A DNA stretch of 64,000 bases from a virus. Lineage: Duplodnaviria; Caudoviricetes. The translations under genes and the position numbers were made by a program. Shown here piece after piece: positions 41,436 to 51,855 of the stretch (position 1 is the first letter of the stretch; each line of letters starts with the position of its first letter). The notes under the pieces are model-generated. The model had not been told where the DNA came from, searched no databases, and saw nothing but the letters and a program-made list of their open reading frames with translations. The DNA is taken from IMG/VR virus record IMGVR_UViG_3300043812_000016, positions 32,001-96,000 of that record; one strand, 5' to 3'.

Positions 41436-43376
41436 ATGGCACTAATTCCTTCATCTGATACTATGAAGCGAATCTATCCAAAGTTTTATAATTCACGTCC
41501 TCACGTAGAAACGAGTTATGATGACTCAGCCTTAACTAATCAATCTTCCGATTCAGAAAAGAATATCTTTTTGCTAGGTTCAGCAACAGAAGGTAATCCT
41601 AATAATGTTTATGAAATTAAGTCATCTGCCAGCGCTCGTAAGATCTTTGGTTCTGGTGACTTAGTAAAGGCAATGGAATTGATTTGGAATCCAACGGGTG
41701 ACTACTACCAAAATGGTGGTAAGGTTTATGCTATGCGGGTTGAAAATGCTACGCAAGCTTCACTAGAAGAAGGTCCTATCACTATTACTTCTAAAGTTTT
41801 TGGTGCTAGTGCTAATAAGATTGGGGTTTCATTTACTCGGGACGCTTTATCACAGGGTTATAATTTACGGGTAGAATATGAACCACAAATGTACGCTAAG
41901 AATTACACTAACATCGGTAATATCTTTGCTATTTACCACGGTGGTCGTCAAGCTACAGCTAAGTACTATGGTTACAAGGTTGTAGGTAATGTTGCTCGTG
42001 CTAATAAGTTTATCTTAGCTATGGGTGATGATTCTAAGAATATGCAAGTAGTTCGTGAATTAGACCTTACTAAGGTTTCGTTTGACGAAGTACAAAAGCT
42101 TCTGTCCGCTATTAACGCAACACCGGGATTTCAATCTACAGTTTTGAAGACTTGCGCTCGCATCAGCACTGCAGACTTAGACTTAACTCCGGGTGACGAC
42201 TATGTAATGATTGGTACAGAAGATGAACCAACTACTGTTACTAGTGTTTACGGTGACTTGAAGTTATCTACTCGAATGGACCCTTACATTTCAGTAAGCA
42301 TTAATTCATTAGGTGCGCCTACGGGCGTTCAGGCTACTCCTACTGCTGATGGTGCTACTATTACTGCTACTCCAGTTAAGAAAGATATTCAAATTTTTGC
42401 TAATGAATACCTTTCTGGTGGAGACGATGGTCAAGTACCTATTTCATGGGCTGATAAGTTTAAGAATGTTCATGGTAAGAATGTTTACTACATTGTTCCA
42501 TTAACAGCCGAAGAAAATGTTCATGCTGAATTAGCTGAATTCCTTAGTGAAGAAAATATCTTAGGTTATAACTATATGTCATTTGTTGGTGGGGGTTATA
42601 ACGAAGACTTTAACTATGCAATTAACCGTCAATTAGGCTTGCAATCAAACCGTGTAGCTTTAGTTGCTAACTCTGGTATCTATACTAACTTGTCGGGTAA
42701 TGAAGTTCATATTCCTGCTTACTTAATGGCCGCTTATGTTGCTGGTATTGCTTCTAGTCTACCTATTGGTACTCCAGTTACTCATAAGCACCTTAACTTA
42801 GTAAGTTTGGATCAAAACTTCGATGGGGACGAACTTGATCAATTAGACGCTAATGGTGTTATTGCAATTGAAAACCAAGTACGTAGAAATACGTCTGGTG
42901 GATTTACTATTGTAGAAGATGTAACTACTTACAACTCTACTAACGAACCTACCAAGAATGTTGTTTCATTACAAGAAATTACAGACTTCTTATTTGACGA
43001 CTTGCGTTACTACCTTGAAGACAACTTCATCGGTATGCCAGTACATCAAATTACAAGTGGTTTGATTAATACCTTTATTGAAGCATTCTTGAAGCAACGG
43101 GTTTCTGATGGTATGTTAGCTAGTTATGACGGTACATCAATTCAAACTGTAATTAATGGTAACCAAGCCTATGTATCATTCTCCTGCGCTCCATCACGTG
43201 GGTTACGAACTATCTATGTTGCTGGTACTTATACTAACTTTGTATCAAGTGCTGGTGGTAATGGTGGTTCTAACTCTGATTATGATGGGATTGAAGGTAA
43301 TGGAATTAATCCAGACACGGAGACCGTGGCTGGGATCGAAGCCAACTCAAGAGTCCAGACTCACTATGCAGATTAG
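41436..43376 (+). CDS. Tail sheath protein
   Basis: SRPHVE, IFGSGDL, LSGGDDG..P.SWADKF, YYIVPLT, IVEDVTTYN. Confidence 0.93.
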   Translation: MALIPSSDTMKRIYPKFYNSRPHVETSYDDSALTNQSSDSEKNIFLLGSATEGNPNNVYEIKSSASARKIFGSGDLVKAMELIWNPTGDYYQNGGKVYAMRVENATQASLEEGPITITSKVFGASANKIGVSFTRDALSQGYNLRVEYEPQMYAKNYTNIGNIFAIYHGGRQATAKYYGYKVVGNVARANKFILAMGDDSKNMQVVRELDLTKVSFDEVQKLLSAINATPGFQSTVLKTCARISTADLDLTPGDDYVMIGTEDEPTTVTSVYGDLKLSTRMDPYISVSINSLGAPTGVQATPTADGATITATPVKKDIQIFANEYLSGGDDGQVPISWADKFKNVHGKNVYYIVPLTAEENVHAELAEFLSEENILGYNYMSFVGGGYNEDFNYAINRQLGLQSNRVALVANSGIYTNLSGNEVHIPAYLMAAYVAGIASSLPIGTPVTHKHLNLVSLDQNFDGDELDQLDANGVIAIENQVRRNTSGGFTIVEDVTTYNSTNEPTKNVVSLQEITDFLFDDLRYYLEDNFIGMPVHQITSGLINTFIEAFLKQRVSDGMLASYDGTSIQTVINGNQAYVSFSCAPSRGLRTIYVAGTYTNFVSSAGGNGGSNSDYDGIEGNGINPDTETVAGIEANSRVQTHYAD

Positions 43377-43475
43377 CAGACTACAATAAAACAATTAATT
43401 AAATTAGAACCCTGTATCATTAACTTGATATAGGGTTTTTCATATATTAAGAATAGTTGAAAGCGAGGATATAAA

Positions 43476-44108
43476 ATGGCTAAAACAAAAGAGGAAATCT
43501 TAGCTGAAATGAAAAAAGCGCAAGCACAGCAACGAGAAGTTCGAGAACATACAGGAAGGGCACCTCGTGGTGGGGAGGCTCAACCTGTAGAAGAAAAACA
43601 GTCTAAAGAAGAAAAGAAACAACAATCAGTCTCTGATGACGTTAGAATTAAGCAATTAGAAGAGAAGGTTCAAGCCTTAAAACGAGATAAGGCAGATTTA
43701 AGAGACCAAGTAGAAAACAAAGAACAGGTAAGTAATTACCAAAAGGAACAAGAAGCTTTATCTTCCATTGTTCAAAATAATGATGATTACCATTTTGTTA
43801 AGAAGTATACAGTTTCTACTGCTAAAGGACAAAAACGTGAATTTGTAGTTAAAATGCACGCCCCTAGTGTAATGGAACAAGCTGAAATTCAACAGGAGTT
43901 TGTTGACCTCACTTCTGGTCGAGGTGCTGGTTTCTTAGCTGGTTTACAAGATTTGTATTTGGCGATTGGTTACTTCCGTGTGGTTGGAGATAATGTACCT
44001 AATTGGTTTACTGATGTAGATAAGACTTATCGGGTAGACATCCTATTAGACGTATTTCGTGACTATGAGGAATGGTTAGACTTTTTTCTGCAAGACCAGC
44101 TCCAGTAG
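43476..44108 (+). CDS. Tail assembly chaperone
   Basis: Position before tape measure genes; ends EEWLDFF. Confidence 0.7.
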   Translation: MAKTKEEILAEMKKAQAQQREVREHTGRAPRGGEAQPVEEKQSKEEKKQQSVSDDVRIKQLEEKVQALKRDKADLRDQVENKEQVSNYQKEQEALSSIVQNNDDYHFVKKYTVSTAKGQKREFVVKMHAPSVMEQAEIQQEFVDLTSGRGAGFLAGLQDLYLAIGYFRVVGDNVPNWFTDVDKTYRVDILLDVFRDYEEWLDFFLQDQLQ

Positions 44109-44649
44109 AAAAGATATAAAAGAACACCCAGATTGGAATATTAACCTATCTCCTGCTTTAAATCGTCTTGGTGGTATTCAAACTTTAGTTCGTTCTACCT
44201 CTGGTCGTAATATGTGGGCTATTATGAAGTTTTTTAAAGTGCTTCCTAATGATCCATTATTAAAGTCACTTACTTTTGCTCAACGGGAGTTTATTATTGC
44301 GTCTATGAATGAGGACGTAAAAGAGGCGGAGCGCCAAGCTAAAGGTGAGAAAGAAGTTTCTCATGTTGAAGATAAGAGCTTTGAAAAGAAGTTCTACTCT
44401 AACGAAAATGTTGAGCTTCTCGAACAGGGAGATAACTTAGACGATATTTATAAGCAGACACTTAAGCTTAAGGCTAAAGAGGACGCTCGACAGGGTGTTA
44501 GCGAGAACTATGATGAGGTTCTTGACTTTAAGATTAAGCAGGCTATTGAAGAACACGAATTGAAGCAACGGAATGCAGAAGCACAAGTTGACGAAAACTG
44601 GAAGAAATTAATTGAAAAGTCTAATAATTATGAATTTGATGATGAGTAG
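44088..44649 (+). CDS. Frameshift extension of the tail assembly chaperone
   Basis: +1 frame open from 44081; LGGIQTLVRS..GRNMWAIMK; no RBS before 44212. Confidence 0.65.
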
Positions 44650-44657
44650 GTGAAGTA

Positions 44658-47600
44658 ATGTCAGTGTCACGATATACAGTAAAACTTGATATTGGCGATG
44701 GTCGTTTTAAATCTCTTGCTAGTCAGTTAAACAGATTAAATAAAGAAATTGATCGGGTCTATCAACGAGGTCAAGATAATAACAATACTGTAAGTGACAA
44801 AGACTTAACTAACTTACAAAGTCATTTATCTGGTCTTGTACAGGCAATTGATGATAAAAAGCAACGGACTAATGAACAATTAGATCAAGCAAGGATTGTT
44901 AATGATACAGACCAGATTGCTAAATTTTTAGACGAATTAAAAGAGTTGACAGACGCTGGTAAGGAGTCTAATCAACTCTTTTCTTCTTATAAATTTAATC
45001 AAGTAAACAATTATCGAGTTAATTCTTCAAGAGCATTTAGAACTAATGACTTCGATAAACTTAATTCTGATTTTCAACATGATTTAACTGATTTAAAAGA
45101 TAATATTGGTAAGTTAAGTAATCGTAGTAAGATTTTAGAAAGACGTTGGGATCGTGGCGTTTTTAATGGTGCGGTTACTTATGAACGGTGGCAAAAGTAT
45201 CAAGACCAAAATCAAACCCAAGCCAACGAGTATGATAATTATAATAATCAATATCAAGAATTAAAAAAGCAGTATGAAGACCAGTTACAACAATTAACTA
45301 AGGAACGAAATGTTTTAAATAATCAGATTGAGTCTGGTAAAGGTAGTCAAGATGATATTACTAAACGATCTGCATTAGACGAACAGATCATAAAAATGCG
45401 AAAGGTAGATCAGACTTTAAGTGATTTAGCTAATACACTCAACAATACTGGAAGTCGGATTAATCTCTCTAATGCTAAGCTACATGATAAACAGACTGTA
45501 GATACTGTTGTTTTACCCGCTAAGGATTCACTAGAAGGTTTTCTTAGTACTCATAAGCGAATTCTTACTCGCTCTGCTATTGTAGGTGCAGTTGGTAATA
45601 CTATACGTGCTTATAATACAGGAAATAGTCTTATTTTAAATAATTTTGATAATATTAAGTCAACTGTTTATGCTTCTGGTTTAGGAGAAAATAAGGTAGA
45701 AAATACTTTAGCAGACGCTGGATTTAGTATGGGCTATGGTTTAGATGAGATGAGTAATTATCTTAATAATTATACGTCCGCTACTGGTAATGCTAATTTA
45801 AGTCGAAATCAAATTAAAGACGTAACAAGGTCTTGGGCTGGATTGTCTCGATATTCTGGTGCTAATGATTCTACCACTCAAAACTTGGAATACGTAAGTG
45901 CTATGACCTCATTAGCTGGTACTAAAGAATTTAGTAGCTTAGCGAATGCAATTCAAAATGAGATTACTAATTCTGGTATGAATGCAAAGGCTAATGAGCA
46001 ACAACAAGCCCTAGCTAATATGTATCAAACAGCTTTTAATGTTTCTGGTAGTACTTTATCAACTAGAGATCAAAAAGAAATTGCTGGTTTTCAAGGGGTT
46101 ATGGCTCAAACCGGTAAGTCTGAATTACAAGGACAACAGGGGGCGCAAGCCTATGCTGGTTTAGTCTCAGCCTTTCAGCCTAGTAACATAGCCTCTCTTA
46201 GGTTATTTACTGGCAATGATCCAGCTTATCAAACAAGAGAAGGTCATGCTCAAGCTATTTTTGATATGCAGGACGCTTCTAAACATCCATACAAATATAA
46301 GACTGCTATTGATAACCTTTTAAGAAATGCTAAGACACAAGCTCGTACTAAAAACGGTGATGTTACAATTGCTTCTGCTAATCTTTATAAATTATCAAAA
46401 GAGAGCGGTGGTAATCTTTCACCTCAACAAGCTAAAGACTTAGTAGAGCTTTATAAGCATAAGAAGTTTACTAAGAAGAATGTTGATAAGATTGTTAAGG
46501 GTAGTGGCAAAGGAAATAAAGATAAATATGATAAAACTGGTGCTAAGACCATTCAGCAACAGCAAAAGGCTATTCAAGAAAGTGAAGTTAAAGCTTCCCA
46601 TGCTTTAAATCATTTCACCCATAAGCTTAATTGGATAAATAAGACTTTTTGGATTAGTAATATTATGTCTGGAGTAGGAACGTCTATAGGTGTTTCTATG
46701 TTAGGTGATCTAGGAGTAGGTCTTATTTATGGAGGTTATGCTAAGAGTGGTTATCAAAAGATAGCAGGTAGTCTTAAGAATCGAGGACTTAAAGGTACTT
46801 TATCTGCTATTAAAGGTAAGGGTAGTAGCCTAAAAGATTCCTTAATTTCGATTATAAGCAACGCTAAGAGCGATAAGTCTAGTTCCAGTGTATCTGGTAC
46901 TAAAATGATTAAAAGAGCTAAATCGGGGCTTAAAATTAATCCTACGACACTTGTAAAATCTGGATCTAAAGTTCCTGCTAGAAAGATAGGTAAAGCCGGT
47001 GCTTTAATTGGTGTTGGTATGGGTGCTTATGCTTTATATGATAGTTATAAGAATGATAATAAAGCTCATGCTTCTACAGTTAACCCTAAAGAAGATAATT
47101 CTCGTTCTAAGAATAAGAAACAGTCTAATAAGAAAGCTTCTAGTATGACTGTTAGTAAGTTAGCTAAGCAGGTTCAGAACAAATATAAGCGACTTCATAA
47201 GTCAGAGTGGCGTTTAATTGATTATCTTAATACTTATTGGGATATTTTCTTGCGTAAAGCTAAAGAATCTGGTAGTAGCTCTAGCTCTAGTGATGATGTT
47301 GGTAGTGACTCAGGAGGAGATTCTGCTAAGTCCCCAGAAGAGTGGAAGGATGATATTAAAAAAGCCGCCAAAGCTATGGGACAGAATGTATCAGACGAAC
47401 AAGTCAATATGATTGTTTCCATGATTAAGGCTGAGTCTGGAGGAGATCCTACTGTTACTCAGCAGATTAGTGATATTAATTCGGCTAATGGTCATCCAGC
47501 TCAAGGTCTTTTACAATACGTCCCTTCAACTTTTGAACATTATGCAGTTAAGGGTCATACAAATATTAAATCTGGTTATGATCAATTACTTGCTCTATTT

Positions 47601-47999
47601 AATGACTCTAACTGGGCTAGAGATATTCATTATGGTGGTGGATGGGGTCCTACTGGTAACCCTATTAAGACTAATGCTACTGGCGGTATTCGTTATCACG
47701 CTACAGGTAACACATATAGTACACGGGTAGCTCAGACTCCTACTAATCAATTCAATATGAATTTACAGCATCCATTAGAATTGCAAACACTTTTTAAGCA
47801 GAATATTAGGAAGTCTCAAAACTATATTAAAGTTCAGAGAAATCGTGGAAAAGTTAATGTTAATGTAAACGTTAATCGGAGTAATATTCTTAAGGTTCAG
47901 CAGGTTGTAGACCAAACAATTAATGAGGAATTTAACTTTTGGTTGCAGTCTAAGAAGGCTGAACAGTATGCAAGCTTTTATAGTAATGAAGTTGGGTAG
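44658..47999 (+). CDS. Tape-measure-like protein 1 with C-terminal lytic transglycosylase
   Basis: Coiled-coil body; AESGGDP...GHPAQGLLQYVPSTF. Confidence 0.8.
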   Translation: MSVSRYTVKLDIGDGRFKSLASQLNRLNKEIDRVYQRGQDNNNTVSDKDLTNLQSHLSGLVQAIDDKKQRTNEQLDQARIVNDTDQIAKFLDELKELTDAGKESNQLFSSYKFNQVNNYRVNSSRAFRTNDFDKLNSDFQHDLTDLKDNIGKLSNRSKILERRWDRGVFNGAVTYERWQKYQDQNQTQANEYDNYNNQYQELKKQYEDQLQQLTKERNVLNNQIESGKGSQDDITKRSALDEQIIKMRKVDQTLSDLANTLNNTGSRINLSNAKLHDKQTVDTVVLPAKDSLEGFLSTHKRILTRSAIVGAVGNTIRAYNTGNSLILNNFDNIKSTVYASGLGENKVENTLADAGFSMGYGLDEMSNYLNNYTSATGNANLSRNQIKDVTRSWAGLSRYSGANDSTTQNLEYVSAMTSLAGTKEFSSLANAIQNEITNSGMNAKANEQQQALANMYQTAFNVSGSTLSTRDQKEIAGFQGVMAQTGKSELQGQQGAQAYAGLVSAFQPSNIASLRLFTGNDPAYQTREGHAQAIFDMQDASKHPYKYKTAIDNLLRNAKTQARTKNGDVTIASANLYKLSKESGGNLSPQQAKDLVELYKHKKFTKKNVDKIVKGSGKGNKDKYDKTGAKTIQQQQKAIQESEVKASHALNHFTHKLNWINKTFWISNIMSGVGTSIGVSMLGDLGVGLIYGGYAKSGYQKIAGSLKNRGLKGTLSAIKGKGSSLKDSLISIISNAKSDKSSSSVSGTKMIKRAKSGLKINPTTLVKSGSKVPARKIGKAGALIGVGMGAYALYDSYKNDNKAHASTVNPKEDNSRSKNKKQSNKKASSMTVSKLAKQVQNKYKRLHKSEWRLIDYLNTYWDIFLRKAKESGSSSSSSDDVGSDSGGDSAKSPEEWKDDIKKAAKAMGQNVSDEQVNMIVSMIKAESGGDPTVTQQISDINSANGHPAQGLLQYVPSTFEHYAVKGHTNIKSGYDQLLALFNDSNWARDIHYGGGWGPTGNPIKTNATGGIRYHATGNTYSTRVAQTPTNQFNMNLQHPLELQTLFKQNIRKSQNYIKVQRNRGKVNVNVNVNRSNILKVQQVVDQTINEEFNFWLQSKKAEQYASFYSNEVG

Positions 48000-48007
48000 G
48001 TGATTGA

Positions 48008-51000
48008 GTGAGCAAGCAAGAAGATACAAATATTAAGGTTACGGCTGATGTTGACCCCGCCAAAGCGAGTCTTCGAGAAATTGAGGATCTAGTTAGTTCT
48101 ACCCAACAGAAGATTAATCGGGTATTTAGTACTGTACAAGATAATAACGGTCAGATTAGTAATAAGCAGTTAGCTGGGGTTCAAAATGGCTTTGGTCGTT
48201 TAGACGAAGTTAAATCCGCTTTAGATAATGCTCTTAACCAAGCTAAGGCAACTCAAAATGGTTCTAAGCTAGAAGAAAGCATTAATACTTTAGCTCCTAA
48301 GTTAGATCTAGTTGTTAGTAGTTTAAGAGAGTTAAGATCTGGTAATAATAGTACTAAGCTTGATTCTATCTTTAATGCTCGTACAACTACTTCTCGTGCT
48401 TTTAGAGATGATAGTGCTACTATTCGTGGTGAACAGGGAGACTTTAGTCAACAAAATTTACATTATGAGAGTTTAGCTAGAGAAAGCCGATCTGATATTC
48501 ATAATTTAGCTAGTTCGCTTAAACGTGAAATGGGTAACTTAGACGTTGGTAGGAAGTCTGGTTATATTTCATATAATCGTTATCACCAGTACAAAGCCTC
48601 GTCTCAGTCTATTCAAAGCCGTTTGCAAGAACAACGAGATCGGTTTAATTCTCCTACTGGTGATATTGCTCGTTTTGCTAGTTATTATCAAAATTTACAA
48701 ACTCAAGGCAAAAGAAGCTAATAATGTTGCTTCTGCACCGGGTGCAACTACTGAGCAGGTTCGTTATGCTAGAGCTTTAGACGAACAAGTTAAGCACCTA
48801 GAAAAGGTTAATGAGCGATTTAAGAAGCAGGAAGAAGAATTACGAACTGCCGAAAAGAATTCAGAGTCGTTTAATGATCGCCTTAATGATACTCAAGGGA
48901 GTAACTATTGGCGATGATCCTAATTCTTTTATGGGTCAGCTTAATAAGCGTAAATATACTATTTTACGTGGTGCTATCTGCCTCGGAGGCGCTTCTATTG
49001 CTAGTGCTTATGCTCAAGGAAATAGTTTAAGACTTTCTAGTTTTGACGATATTAAGTCTACTGCATATGCTAATGGCGGTAGAGATGGTGAAGTTCTTAA
49101 TACCTTAGGCGACTATGGTTATAAATATGGTTATAATGGCGCAGAAATGGGTCAGTTTGCCAATGCTTATACTTCTACTACTGGTAATGTGGGGAGTACT
49201 AGAGATGTTGCTGGTGTTGCTCAGACGTGGGCTAGACAATCTCGTATCACAGGAGCTAATGCACAGAGTACTTTAGGGCTAGAACAGACTGTCGGTAATA
49301 GTGCTAATTTAAATTCTAGTCAGATGAGTAGTGTTGGTAATGCAATTACTAATTCTATTATTAATTCTGGTATGAGTGCTAAGGCAACTGAACAGCAACA
49401 AGGATTATCTATGTTAATCCAGAATGCAAGTAATCAGGGTCTTACTGCTCGTGATGAAAAGAACTTAGCGGGCTTCCAAGGTGCGATTGCTAGTGGCGGG
49501 GCACAATTCCAAGGTACACAAGGCGCTCAAAATACTATGCAGTTAGCTCAAGGATTAGGTAATGTTAATAACCCAATGATGAGACAGCTTTTTGCTCAGT
49601 CTAATCCTAGTCGCTATACAGGGGTAGAGGGTTCTGCTAATATGGTTTTTGATATGCAAGAGTTCCAGAAGAAACCATGGAAGATGAAAGGAATTCTCCA
49701 AAATGCTGAAAAAGATTTTGGTAGTCGCAAGGTTGCTTCCGCTAATCTATATCAGGCGACTGGTGTTCCGGCAGAGACTATTGAAAAGTGGATTCAATTA
49801 GCAGATTCTGGTAAGTTAGACAAGAAGCATATAGATAAGCTAGAAAAATCATCTAGTGCAAGTAAAGAAGGCGGGAAAGCAGATCAGGATTATGATAAGA
49901 CGGGAGCTTCACAACTTCAAAAGTATAATTCTGCATTAGCTGATTCTGCTATGAAAGCTAGTCAAGCTTTAGACGGTTTACGTGGTATTATTGCTAAGGC
50001 TTATAAGGCTGGTGGTGGGTTATCTCCATTTGTTTCTGGTGTCGCTAGTGCATTTGGTGCTGGTGCTGGAAATCTTATGAGTATCTATGCTCTTGATAGG
50101 CTAAGAGGTAAAGGTGGTTCTGGAGGTGCTGGAGGGTCTGGTATCTTAGGGCGTATCTTTAAAGGTGGTAAATCACCTGTAGAAAAGGAAGCTGAAAAAG
50201 CAACTGCTAAAGCTGGAGAAGAAGCTGTTAAAATTGGTGCTAAATCAGTTTCCCGTTCTGGTATCAAAGCTACTGCTTCTGGTATTCTAAAGTCTAGTAA
50301 ATTAAGAGGTTTAGTTCGTGGTGCTAAGGCTGGACTACCGGGTGTTGGTGATTTAGTCTTTGGCGGTTTAGACTTAGCCACCTCTGTTGCAACTACTAAG
50401 AAAGGTACTAAAGCTCGTAGAAAGGCTGTTGGTTCTAGCTTAGGCTCATCTGCTGGTAGTGTTGCTGGTGGGGTTGTTGGTGGACTGATAGGTTCAATTT
50501 TCCCCGGTGCTGGTACTGCGGTTGGTGCAGTTGCTGGTAGTGTAGCTGGTGGCTGGTTAGGTGATAAGTTTGGTGGTTTCCTTGGTGGTAAGATAGGTAA
50601 GTCTAAGGATAAAGCTATTAATAAAGCTAAAGGACAATCACTTAGAGACGCTCGTAAGACTGCAAGTAAGTATAATAAGTCTGGTGGCGTACTAAGAGGT
50701 ATTCTAAAGAATGGTAAGCGATTCTTACCGGGGGTTGCTCTTGGTATTGCAGGCTTAGGCTTAATGGACGATTTCTTTGGAGGTAAAGCTAAAGCTTCCT
50801 CAAAGAAGGGCAGTGAGAAATCAGAAGCATGGCGTATTTTGCGTGGCTATGATAAAATGCTTGATCATGCTATGCGAGTAGTTCAATCTGCTAAGTCTAT
50901 TAAGAACGGTGGAGATTCTAGTTCTAAGAGTGACGACTCAGATATATCTGGTACTTCCGGTGAGGGAGAAAAGGCTATTCGGAGCGTTGCAAAAGCTATT

Positions 51001-51750
51001 GGTAAGAAGCTTGGTGTTGATCCTAAACTAGTTTATGCACAATTGATGCACGAAACTAATGGCGGTACTCATATGGCTGGTAAAAACAACTATGGTGGTA
51101 TTGTTTATGCTGGTCAGAAAGGTGCTAAAGCTGGGTCTCATCAGCCAGACGGTAGTGGTAATTATGCAGACTTTGATAGCCTAGACGACTTTGCTAATGC
51201 TTATGCTTCTACTCTTCAGAAGATGGGTATTAATAGTAGTATTAAGTCTGTTAATGACTGGGCTAATCAGCTTCATAGTAAGGGTTACTTTACTGATTCT
51301 CCTGCTAATTATGCTGGGGGAATGGAAAGATTTGCTAAGCAGTATGCTGTTGGTGGTATTCGTCAATACGCTTCTGGTAGTCCTTTAATCACAGATCATC
51401 CAACTACTAATAATGGTAGTGATGTTTATGGTGAGGCTGGGACAGAAGCTTATGTACCATTAAATGCTGGTCATTACTTTAGTGGGCTTTCTACTTTAGA
51501 CGACTTAGCTGGTATCTTTGGTAAAAAGGTAGTTAATCCGGGAGTTTCTGAGTCAGGTGGAAAATCAACTACTATTAATCCAAGTTATAATATTAACCTT
51601 ACGATTAATGGTGGTACTGATGATCCAGATACATTAGCCCAAACAGTGGCTAATAAAGTAAGAGAAATGCTAAGTCAATATGATAGTCAGCAAGCAATGA
51701 GTAACCAGCAAACATTCTTTGCTAATGAAACTTCTGGACTTCTAGTCTAA
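48008..51750 (+). CDS. Tape-measure-like protein 2 with C-terminal GH73 glucosaminidase-like domain (frameshifts near 48710 and 48895)
   Basis: Gly-rich region; AQLMHETNGG, NNYGGI, YADFDSL, KGYFTDSPANY. Confidence 0.8.
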
Positions 51751-51830
51751 ATGAAGTTATAATTTAGTTGAACATTTGTTAATACACACCCAAAAATCCT
51801 CTATGTTTCAGACGTACATAGGGGATTTTG
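51735..51830 (+). ncRNA. Promoter-sRNA-terminator unit F
   Basis: TGGACT-N17-TATAAT; core GAACATTTGTTAATACACACCC; hairpin 51793-51830. Confidence 0.45.
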
Positions 51831-51855
51831 ATTTATATTAAAACTAAATAAAGGG

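Noticed and set aside
383-48900. Frameshifts in RNase H, fibres, terL exons 3 and 6, portal, adaptor and tape measure 2 as pseudogenes or recoding
   Set aside because: They hit essential genes, often at homopolymers, and are densest near the window start; assembly indels are the simpler explanation
5072-50381. Antisense and alternate-frame ORFs such as 5072-5548, 30600-31001 and 50085-50381
   Set aside because: Shadows of real genes with biased composition
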